A stretch of DNA of 64,000 nt from an uncultured Polaromonas sp. (GTDB lineage Bacteria > Pseudomonadota > Gammaproteobacteria > Burkholderiales > Burkholderiaceae_C). Positions 41,093 to 49,031 of this stretch are shown here, piece after piece. Made by a program: the position numbers and the translations under genes. Positions within the stretch are counted from its first letter, which is position 1. Each line of letters opens with the position of its first letter. The DNA is taken from positions 11,055-75,054 of the forward strand of contig CAYJMW010000008.1 in NCBI GenBank assembly GCA_964371235.1, read 5' to 3'. The notes beneath the pieces were generated by a model that was not told the origin of the DNA, searched no databases, and saw only the letters and a list, made by a program, of their open reading frames with translations.

Positions 41093-42595
41093 ATGAGCCG
41101 CCCGATGTTTGATGAGATGAATGCCACGCCGTCCAGCGTCCGTGCGCACTACCAGAGCTATCAGCGCTGGCTGGCCCGGCAATCGGCCGAGGGGATGCAG
41201 GCGCGCCGGGCTGAGGCGGAAATGATTTTCCGCCGGGTCGGAATCACCTTTGCCGTGTACGGTGTCAAAGACGCAGTCGGGAGCGATGAAAATGGCGGTA
41301 CCGAGCGGCTGATTCCGTTTGACCTGATTCCCCGCATCATTCCGGCGCATGAATGGGCCAGCATGGAGCGTGGCCTGGTGCAGCGCGTCACCGCGCTCAA
41401 CCGCTTCATTCACGATGTTTATCACGGGCAGGAGATCATCAAGGCGGGTGTGATTCCGTCGGAGCAGATTTTCCAGAACGCGCAGTTCCGGCCCGAGATG
41501 ATGAATGTGGACGTGCCGGGCAACATTTACTCGCACATCAGCGGCATCGACATCGTTCGCGCGCCCAATGCGCAGGGCGAGGGCGAGTACTACGTGCTTG
41601 AAGACAACCTGCGCGTTCCCAGCGGAGTCAGCTACATGCTGGAAGACCGCAAGATGATGATGCGGCTGTTTCCCGAGCTCTTCAGCGAGAACCGCGTGGC
41701 CCCGGTGGCGCATTACCCGGACTTGCTGCTGGAAACCCTGCGCTCCATGGCGCCGCCCGCCACCGCCGATCCCACCGTTGTGGTGCTCACCCCCGGCATG
41801 TACAACTCGGCCTACTTTGAACACGCCTTCCTGGCGCAGCAAATGGGTGTGCAACTGGTCGAGGGGCAAGACCTGTTTGTCAAGGACAACTTTGTCTATA
41901 TGCGCACTACCCGCGGCCCCAGACGCGTCGATGTGATTTACCGCCGCGTGGACGATGACTATCTCGACCCGCTGGCTTTTCGGCCCACCTCCACCCTGGG
42001 CTGCGCGGGCCTGCTCAATGTTTATCGCAGCGGCAACGTCTCGCTGTGCAACGCCATCGGAACCGGCGTGGCCGATGACAAGTCGATTTATCCCTACGTG
42101 CCGAAAATGATCGAGTTCTACCTCGGCGAAAAACCCCTCCTCAACAACGTGCCAACCTACCTCTGCCGCAACAGTGAAGACCTGCGGTACACCCTGGCCC
42201 ACCTGAAGGACCTGGTGGTCAAGGAAGTGCATGGCGCGGGCGGCTACGGCATGCTGGTGGGGCCAGCGGCATCGCAGACTGAAATTGAAGACTTTCGCAA
42301 AGCGCTGCTGGCCAACCCGTCGGGTTACATTGCCCAGCCCACGCTCAGCCTCTCGACCTGCCCCACCTATGTTGAAAGCGGCATTGCACCGCGACACATT
42401 GACTTGCGGCCTTTTGTGCTGAGTGGCAAAGTGGTCCAGATGGTGCCCGGCGGCCTGACGCGAGTCGCGCTGAAAGAAGGCTCGCTGGTCGTCAATTCAT
42501 CGCAGGGCGGCGGCACCAAGGACACCTGGGTTTTGCAGGGCGACCCCGCCGTAAACATGCAGTCGTCGTTGTCAAAGGCTGGAGGAATCCCATGA
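41093..42595 (+). CDS. circularly permuted type 2 ATP-grasp protein
   Basis: RRVGITFAVY, VLEDNLRVPSGVSY, NSAYFEH, DVIYRRVDD, GTGVADDK and NSSQGGGTKDTW. Confidence 0.93.
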   Translation: MSRPMFDEMNATPSSVRAHYQSYQRWLARQSAEGMQARRAEAEMIFRRVGITFAVYGVKDAVGSDENGGTERLIPFDLIPRIIPAHEWASMERGLVQRVTALNRFIHDVYHGQEIIKAGVIPSEQIFQNAQFRPEMMNVDVPGNIYSHISGIDIVRAPNAQGEGEYYVLEDNLRVPSGVSYMLEDRKMMMRLFPELFSENRVAPVAHYPDLLLETLRSMAPPATADPTVVVLTPGMYNSAYFEHAFLAQQMGVQLVEGQDLFVKDNFVYMRTTRGPRRVDVIYRRVDDDYLDPLAFRPTSTLGCAGLLNVYRSGNVSLCNAIGTGVADDKSIYPYVPKMIEFYLGEKPLLNNVPTYLCRNSEDLRYTLAHLKDLVVKEVHGAGGYGMLVGPAASQTEIEDFRKALLANPSGYIAQPTLSLSTCPTYVESGIAPRHIDLRPFVLSGKVVQMVPGGLTRVALKEGSLVVNSSQGGGTKDTWVLQGDPAVNMQSSLSKAGGIP

Positions 42596-42756
42596 TGTTA
42601 TCTCGCACCGCCGATCATTTGTTCTGGATGTCGCGTTATATGGAGCGCGCCGGCGATATGCCGCAGGCATTCGCGGGGATGACTCATCAACTGCGCGAAG
42701 CGCTTGTGATGTCATCACCAAAATACGCAAAGCGCGTAAGCGCTTTCGGTGTTTGA
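42592..42756 (+). pseudogene. truncated duplicate of the alpha-E gene 5' end (54-aa ORF)
   Basis: 42595-42652 matches 42776-42833 at 55/58 nt; translates as MMLSRTADHLFWMSRYMERA followed by an unrelated tail; TGA at 42754-56. Confidence 0.8.
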
Positions 42757-42775
42757 GGCTTTGTCAGGAGGAAAT

Positions 42776-43738
42776 ATGTTATCTCGCACCGCCGATCACC
42801 TTTTCTGGATGTCGCGTTATATGGAGCGCGCCGAAAACACCGCCCGCATGCTCGATGTGAACTACCAGACTTCACTGCTGCCGCAATCGGCTGCCGTGGC
42901 GCAACTCGGCTGGCAGGGGCTGCTCAGCATCAGTGAGCTCAAGCAGGACTACGCCGAAAAGCATGGCGACGGCGTCAAGCCGCGCGACGTGATGGACTTC
43001 ATGGTGCGCGATGAAAAAAACGCGTCCAGCATCATCTCGTGCCTGCGCAATGCCCGCGAAAACGCCCGCGCCGTGCGCGGCACGCTCACCACCGAGGTGT
43101 GGGAAACGCAAAACCAGACCTATCTGGAAGTCATGCGCATGTTGCGTCAAGGCGATTTCGAACGCGATCCGACCCAGTTTTTTGAATGGGTCAAATTCCG
43201 CTCGCACCTGTCGCGCGGCGTCACGGTGGGCACCATGCTGCAAGACGATGCGTTTCACTTTCTGCGGCTGGGCACTTTTCTGGAGCGTGCCGACAATACC
43301 GCCCGCCTGGTGGACGTGAAGTTTCATGCCGTGCCGGGCGACTATCTGGGCAGCGCCAGCGTGCAGGATCAGGAATACGATTTTTACCACTGGAGCGCCA
43401 TTTTGCGCAGCGTCTCGGGTTTCGAGGTGTACCGCAAGGTGTACCGCGACATCATCAAGCCCGAGCGCGTGGCCGAGTTGCTGATTTTGCGCGCCGACAT
43501 GCCGCGCTCGCTGCTGGCCTGTCTGAACGAGGTGATGCACAACCTCCTCAGCGTGACCAGCGACGCGCAAAGCGAAACCCAGCGCCGCGCCGGCAAATTG
43601 CGCACCGAGCTGCAGTACGCCCGAATCGACGAAATTCTGGCAACCGGCCTGCATGCCTATCTGACCCAGTTTCTTGATCGGGTCAACGAGCTGGGCGTGC
43701 ACATCAGCCGTGAGTTTCTGGTGCCGGCGACCCATTGA
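42776..43738 (+). CDS. alpha-E domain protein (DUF403)
   Basis: MLSRTADHLFWMSRYMERAEN, second ER motif GTFLERADN; RBS AGGAGG. Confidence 0.93.
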   Translation: MLSRTADHLFWMSRYMERAENTARMLDVNYQTSLLPQSAAVAQLGWQGLLSISELKQDYAEKHGDGVKPRDVMDFMVRDEKNASSIISCLRNARENARAVRGTLTTEVWETQNQTYLEVMRMLRQGDFERDPTQFFEWVKFRSHLSRGVTVGTMLQDDAFHFLRLGTFLERADNTARLVDVKFHAVPGDYLGSASVQDQEYDFYHWSAILRSVSGFEVYRKVYRDIIKPERVAELLILRADMPRSLLACLNEVMHNLLSVTSDAQSETQRRAGKLRTELQYARIDEILATGLHAYLTQFLDRVNELGVHISREFLVPATH

Positions 43739-43778
43739 GCGCAGCACCGTCAAACATCAGCCGCAGCGGGTGCCGCCC

Positions 43779-44600
43779 ATGAAGCTGCACATTCGGCACA
43801 CCACCGATTACCGCTACACCGAGCCGCTGCGTTACGCGTTGCAAACGCTCTGGCTCACGCCGCAGTCCGGCCCGGCGCAAACAGTGCATTTCTGGAGCCT
43901 GGGCGCGCCCGGAGAACTGTTTGCCCAGCGCGACGCCTTTGGCAACAGCGTTCATTCCTACAGCTTTGTCAGCCAGAGCGCTGACAACGTGCGCTGGAGC
44001 CTGGTCAATGCGGCCGGCCAGGTTGAGACCTTCGGCGTGGCCGAATTCACCGATGCTCAAGCATTGCCGCATCCGGATTTCTTTTTGCGCGCCACGCAAC
44101 TGGCCCGGCCGAGCCCGCTGCTGGCTGATTTTGGCCGCCGCTTTGTGCGCCTTTCAGGCCCGCCGGGGACGGCTGACTTGAGCATGCTTTTGGCCCTTAG
44201 CCAAGGTGTAGCGGGCGCAGTCAGCTATAAAAAGTATAGTACCGATGTCACCACCACGGCGCTCCAGGCGTTTGAAGCCGGTGCCGGTGTGTGCCAGGAT
44301 CAGGCGCATGTGATGGTTGCAGTCTGCCGCAGCCTGGGCCTGCCGGCGCGCTACGTGAGCGGCTATTTTTACGCCGCCAACGAGCCCGACCTGGCCAGCC
44401 ACGCCTGGGTCGATGTCTGCCTGGATGTGGCCGGCAGGCGCTGGGTCAGCATTGACGTGACCCACAGTTGCCTGATAGACGAGCGCCATGTGCGGCTGGC
44501 CATGGGCACCGACTACAACTCATGCCCGCCCATCAAGGGCGTGCGCCAGGGCGGTGGCGAGGAATCCATGACCGTCACGATCACGATTGAGCCGGTTTGA
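43779..44600 (+). CDS. transglutaminase-like protein
   Basis: HTTDYRY, GVCQDQAH (catalytic Cys), ARYVSGY, SHAWVDV and SIDVTH. Confidence 0.93.
   Translation: MKLHIRHTTDYRYTEPLRYALQTLWLTPQSGPAQTVHFWSLGAPGELFAQRDAFGNSVHSYSFVSQSADNVRWSLVNAAGQVETFGVAEFTDAQALPHPDFFLRATQLARPSPLLADFGRRFVRLSGPPGTADLSMLLALSQGVAGAVSYKKYSTDVTTTALQAFEAGAGVCQDQAHVMVAVCRSLGLPARYVSGYFYAANEPDLASHAWVDVCLDVAGRRWVSIDVTHSCLIDERHVRLAMGTDYNSCPPIKGVRQGGGEESMTVTITIEPV
44186..44240 (-). repeat. 55-bp dispersed element, copy H (in transglutaminase)
   Basis: Minus strand: ACTAT-ACTTTTT-ATAGC TGACTGCGC CCGCTACAC CTTGGCTAA GGGCCAAAAG. Confidence 0.75.
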
Positions 44601-44647
44601 TAGTGCCGATATTGATAATTATTAGAATTAAGTTATTGATTTCATTT

Positions 44648-44692
44648 AATGTTCAATATAAACGTGTACTATTGAAAAATGCATTGAACATT
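44648..44692. promoter_or_regulatory. AT-rich promoter region with 10-bp inverted repeat
   Basis: AATGTTCAAT (44648-57) and ATTGAACATT (44683-92), plus an inner TTCAATA/TATTGAA pair. Confidence 0.55.
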
Positions 44693-44697
44693 TCAAG

Positions 44698-45663
44698 GTG
44701 AAACAACACTTCGTTGAACTTTCCGAAAACCAGAGTCGGCAATACCTGGATGCCGAGGCCTTGCTGCGGGCGATGATCCAGGCCCAAAAAGAAGCCCTTG
44801 AGGTGAGAGGCTCCATGATCTGGCGCGAGATGCGTGGCGTTCGTTACCTCATTCGCACCAGCGCCGCCGGAGCGCAAAAAACGATTGGCGTGGACAGCCC
44901 TGAAATGCAAGCCATCCATTCGCGCTTCATGGAGCGCAAACAAACTGCGCAAGCGCGGGTGAAAACACTTGGGCTCAGGTTGATGGAGCAGCGAAAACTC
45001 AACCGACTTTATCGCGTGGGACGAACGCCGAACGTCGTTGTCCGGATACTTCAGCAGTTTGAAAAAGCGGGCATTGCCGAGCAGTTTTTAACCGTGGGAA
45101 CGCACGCTTTGTATGCTTACGAAAGCGCATGCGGCGTCATGGTGGGTACCGAGGCTCTTGCGACCCGCGATATCGACCTGCTCTTTGATACCAGGAAAAG
45201 AGTCGCTTTTCTGAGCACCATGAAGCAGCTCGACACCTCGCTGATGGGGCTGCTGCGCAAAGCAGACCCGACTTTTCAGGTACGGCGCGATCAGCTCCAG
45301 ACGGCCGTCAACGATGAAGGTTTCGAGGTGGACCTGATACGCCGTGACGCTTCCCGGGGCGACCCGCACCCACTGCGAATGACAGACGACGAAAGCGACC
45401 TTTGGGCGGTGCAGGTATCAAGCGGTGAAAAAATGCTTTCATCCGCCAGGTTTGAGCAGATGGTGGTGGCAACCTCAGGCGAAATGGCCATGATGCACAC
45501 CTTGCATCCTTTGGCGTTTGTCAGGGTCAAAACCAGTCTGGCCAAGAGCGCCAGCCGCGAGCCGTTGAAGCGTGGCAAAGACTTGCTGCAAGTGCAAATT
45601 GTTCAACACCTTTGGGATGATTACTTGCGCTTGCGATACCCTGAGCAGGGTGCGAAACAGTAG
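44698..45663 (+). CDS. GSU2403-like / AbiEii-type nucleotidyltransferase-fold protein
   Basis: LTVGTHAL, TRDIDLL (DxD), FEVDL and C-terminal K..R..K.GKD; GTG start uncertain. Confidence 0.75.
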   Translation: MKQHFVELSENQSRQYLDAEALLRAMIQAQKEALEVRGSMIWREMRGVRYLIRTSAAGAQKTIGVDSPEMQAIHSRFMERKQTAQARVKTLGLRLMEQRKLNRLYRVGRTPNVVVRILQQFEKAGIAEQFLTVGTHALYAYESACGVMVGTEALATRDIDLLFDTRKRVAFLSTMKQLDTSLMGLLRKADPTFQVRRDQLQTAVNDEGFEVDLIRRDASRGDPHPLRMTDDESDLWAVQVSSGEKMLSSARFEQMVVATSGEMAMMHTLHPLAFVRVKTSLAKSASREPLKRGKDLLQVQIVQHLWDDYLRLRYPEQGAKQ

Positions 45664-45715
45664 GCCAGCCAAATTTAGCAGCCCGCTGGCCTTGCTGCTG
45701 TTTCTTTGCCGGCAA

Positions 45716-45760
45716 TGAAACAAGTGATGTATAGTTATCTTAAAAGAAACACTTGTTTCA
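45716..45760. promoter_or_regulatory. 11-bp inverted repeat upstream of RpiR gene
   Basis: TGAAACAAGTG (45716-26) and CACTTGTTTCA (45750-60); internal GAAAC-N4-GTTTC at 45746-59. Confidence 0.6.
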
Positions 45761-45764
45761 ACAC

Positions 45765-46628
45765 ATGTCTTTTTTTCCTGATCTTCCCGCCCACGGACTC
45801 AGCCCTGAATTGTTGCGTGCCGCGCACTGGATGGAGGCCCATCCGCGCGAGGCGGCGCTGGTCTCGATGCGCGAGTGCGCACGTCGTGCCGGGCTGGCGC
45901 CGGCCACGTTCACGCGGCTTGCGCGGGCGCTGGGGCATGGCGACTTTCATGCGTTGAAGCTGCGCTTTCAGCGGGCGCTGGCGCCTGAAGCAGGCGCTGC
46001 CGGTTATGCGGCGCGGGCGCAGGCCCTGCAGGCCACAGCACGACGTGATGCGGGCTGGCTTGAAACACTGAACGAGGCCCAGCATGCCAATGCCGCTTCT
46101 GCCTGCGGGCTCAACACCTCGGCGCAGTTTGAATTGGCTGCCGCTGCCATGCTCAAAGCACGCCGGGTCTGCTTTCTCGGGCTGCGGGCGAGCCATGGGC
46201 TGGCGTTTCACCTGCATTACACCTACTGCCTGATTGCATCGAATGGCGAGCTGGCGCAGGACCTGGGAGGGACACTGCTCGACCAGTTGGCGCGCCTCGG
46301 CCCGAATGATTTGCTGGTGGCTATTTCGCTGGCACCTTACACCCGCCAGACCGTGCTGGCCGTGGAGCAGGCCGCGCGGCAGGGCGTGCCGGTGCTGGCG
46401 CTGACCGACAGTTCACTGTCGCCGCTGGTGAAAACTGCGGGGCAGACGCTGTTGTTTCGGGCCCAGGGCGTTTCCTATTTTCAGTCCATGGTCGGCGCCC
46501 TGGCGCTGGCCGAGGCGCTGGCGGCAGCGGTGGCGGTACGTGGGGGCAAGAAGGTGCTGTCGCATTTGCAGACTGTGCAGGAACAACTGGCGGCTCAGGG
46601 CGCGTATTGGGAAAAACCGCAACGTTAG
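45765..46628 (+). CDS. MurR/RpiR family transcriptional regulator (HTH and SIS domains)
   Basis: SMRECARRAGLAPATFTRLARALG HTH; FLGLRAS, AISLAPYT and ALTDSSLSPL. Confidence 0.9.
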   Translation: MSFFPDLPAHGLSPELLRAAHWMEAHPREAALVSMRECARRAGLAPATFTRLARALGHGDFHALKLRFQRALAPEAGAAGYAARAQALQATARRDAGWLETLNEAQHANAASACGLNTSAQFELAAAAMLKARRVCFLGLRASHGLAFHLHYTYCLIASNGELAQDLGGTLLDQLARLGPNDLLVAISLAPYTRQTVLAVEQAARQGVPVLALTDSSLSPLVKTAGQTLLFRAQGVSYFQSMVGALALAEALAAAVAVRGGKKVLSHLQTVQEQLAAQGAYWEKPQR

Positions 46629-46691
46629 GTGCAAGCCAGCGGCAAACCGGCTGTCAACGGAACTATTCGCAAATAAAAGGAGTTAGTGAAC

Positions 46692-48026
46692 ATGACAACA
46701 ACCCATGTTTTCCATCGGCAGTTGCACACCACGCCGCCGGTTGCGGTCAGCGGCAGCGGCGTCTGGCTGACCGATGCAAATGGCAAACGCTACCTCGATG
46801 CCTGCGGCGGCGCGGCTGTGTCGTGCCTCGGTCACGGGCACCCGGACGTGCGGGCCGCCATGCACGCGCAGATTGACCAACTGGCCTATGCGCATACCAG
46901 CTTTTTCACCACCGCCGTGGCCGAGGAACTGGCTGACCAGTTGATTCGCACCGCGCCCGCGGGCATGAGCCATGCGTATTTTGTGAGCGGCGGCTCCGAG
47001 GCGATGGAGGCCGCCATGAAGATGGCGCGCCAGTTTTTTGTCGAAACGGGACAGCCGCAACGCACCCATTTCATCGCCCGGCGGCAGAGCTATCACGGCA
47101 ACACGCTGGGCGCGCTGGCCGTCGGCGGCAACGAATGGCGGCGCGCGCCGTTTGCTCCGATCCTGATCGAGGTCACGCACGTTGCACCGTGCTATCCGTA
47201 CCGCGAGCAACGGGCCAGTGAAACGCCCGGGCAATATGGCGCGCGACTGGCGCAGGAACTCGATGCCACCATCCAGCGGCTGGGACCTGACAGCGTGATT
47301 GCCTTCGTTGCCGAGACCGTGGGCGGGGCGACGGCCGGCGTGCTGGTGCCGGTGCCCGGCTACCTGAAAGCTGTCCGCGAAGTCTGCGACAAATACGGCG
47401 TGCTGCTGATCCTTGATGAAGTCATGTGCGGCATGGGTCGTACCGGCACGATGCATGCCTGCGAGCAGGACGGCGTGGTCCCCGACATCATGGCGATCGC
47501 CAAGGGTTTGGGCGGCGGCTATCAGCCAATTGGCGCCGTGCTGGTGCAGCAAAAAATCGTAGCGGCAATGTCGTCGGGCAGCGGCTTCTTCCAGCACGGC
47601 CACACTTATCTCGGCCACGCCGTCGCCTGCGCGGCGGCGCTGGCGGTGCAAAAGGTGATAGAGCGCGATGGCCTGCTGGCCAAGGTGCGCGAGAGCGGAG
47701 TGCGGCTTCAAGGGCTGATGCACGGCGCCTTCGGCGCGCATCCAAACATTGGCGATATTCGCGGCCGCGGCCTGTTTTGGGGCATTGAGCTGGTGCAGGA
47801 CCGCGCCACGAAAGCGCCGTTCGATCCCGCGCTCAAGCTGCATGCCCGCATCAAGAAAGAGGCTTTATCGCGCGGCTTGATGGTTTACCCGATGGGCGGC
47901 ACGGTCGATGGCCGTTATGGTGACCATATACTTCTGGCTCCGCCCTATATTTGTAGCGGCCCCGAGCTGGAGCTGATTGTCGAGAGGCTTGATGTGGCTG
48001 TTGGGGCTGCCCTTTTGTCTGTTTGA
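46692..48026 (+). CDS. class III PLP-dependent aminotransferase
   Basis: YLDACGGAAV, SGGSEA, SYHGNT, LILDEVMCGMGRTG and AKGLGGG. Confidence 0.92.
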   Translation: MTTTHVFHRQLHTTPPVAVSGSGVWLTDANGKRYLDACGGAAVSCLGHGHPDVRAAMHAQIDQLAYAHTSFFTTAVAEELADQLIRTAPAGMSHAYFVSGGSEAMEAAMKMARQFFVETGQPQRTHFIARRQSYHGNTLGALAVGGNEWRRAPFAPILIEVTHVAPCYPYREQRASETPGQYGARLAQELDATIQRLGPDSVIAFVAETVGGATAGVLVPVPGYLKAVREVCDKYGVLLILDEVMCGMGRTGTMHACEQDGVVPDIMAIAKGLGGGYQPIGAVLVQQKIVAAMSSGSGFFQHGHTYLGHAVACAAALAVQKVIERDGLLAKVRESGVRLQGLMHGAFGAHPNIGDIRGRGLFWGIELVQDRATKAPFDPALKLHARIKKEALSRGLMVYPMGGTVDGRYGDHILLAPPYICSGPELELIVERLDVAVGAALLSV

Positions 48027-48056
48027 CTGACCGATTTTTTAACGAGGAGTAATGAG

Positions 48057-49031
48057 ATGGCTAAAAAGTTTTTTTTCAGTGCGCTGACCACTTCCATAGT
48101 TCTTGCCGGTGCGCTTGCCAGCACGCCAGCCGTGGCCCAGCAGAAGTTCATCACCATCGGCACGGGTGGCATTACCGGGGTCTATTACGCGGTGGGCGGT
48201 GCGATCTGCCGGCTTGTCAACAAGGACCGCGCCAAGCACGGCATGCGTTGCTCGGTTGAATCAACCGGCGGGTCGGTCTATAACGTCAACACCGTCAAGG
48301 CCGGCGAGCTCGATTTCGGCATGGCGCAGTCCGATGTGCAGTATCAGGCCTACAACGGGACCGGGCCGCTAAAGGAAGCCAACAAGGACTTGCGCGCGGT
48401 GTTCTCGGTGCATCCGGAACCCTTCACGGTGCTGGCACGCAAGGAGGCCAACATCACTCAGTTCACCGACTTTAAAGGCAAACGCCTGAACGTCGGCAAT
48501 CCTGGTTCTGGAACGCGCTCTGCGATGGAGGAGTTGCTCGCGGCCGAGAACATGAAACTGTCCGACTTTGCGCTTGCTTCCGAGCTGAAGGCTGACGAGC
48601 ACGGTCCGGCGCTTTGCGACAACAAGATCGATGGTTTCTTCTATGGCGTTGGTCACCCGTCGGCCAACATTCAGGATCCAACGACGACTTGCGGCGCAAA
48701 ACTGGTTTCACTCACGGGCCCGGCCATTGATGGACTGGTGAAAAAGCATTCCTACTACGCCTACGCGACGATTCCTGGCGGGATGTATTCCGGTAACCCG
48801 CAACCGACCAAGACCTATGGTGTGCTGGCGACGATGGTGACCTCGTCGAAGGTACCGGCCGATGTGGTTTACACCATCACCAAGGCAGTGTTCGAGAACC
48901 TGGACGAATTCAAGAAGCTGCATCCGGCGTTCGCCAAACTCGAAGCCGCGAACATGGCCAAGGATGGCCTATCGGCGCCGCTGCATGAAGGCGCGGCAAG
49001 GTACTTCCGCGAAAAAGGCCTCATCAAGTGA
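48057..49031 (+). CDS. TAXI-family TRAP solute-binding protein
   Basis: Signal peptide; [27 protein letters not shown] and PLHEGA..YF. Confidence 0.93.
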   Translation: MAKKFFFSALTTSIVLAGALASTPAVAQQKFITIGTGGITGVYYAVGGAICRLVNKDRAKHGMRCSVESTGGSVYNVNTVKAGELDFGMAQSDVQYQAYNGTGPLKEANKDLRAVFSVHPEPFTVLARKEANITQFTDFKGKRLNVGNPGSGTRSAMEELLAAENMKLSDFALASELKADEHGPALCDNKIDGFFYGVGHPSANIQDPTTTCGAKLVSLTGPAIDGLVKKHSYYAYATIPGGMYSGNPQPTKTYGVLATMVTSSKVPADVVYTITKAVFENLDEFKKLHPAFAKLEAANMAKDGLSAPLHEGAARYFREKGLIK

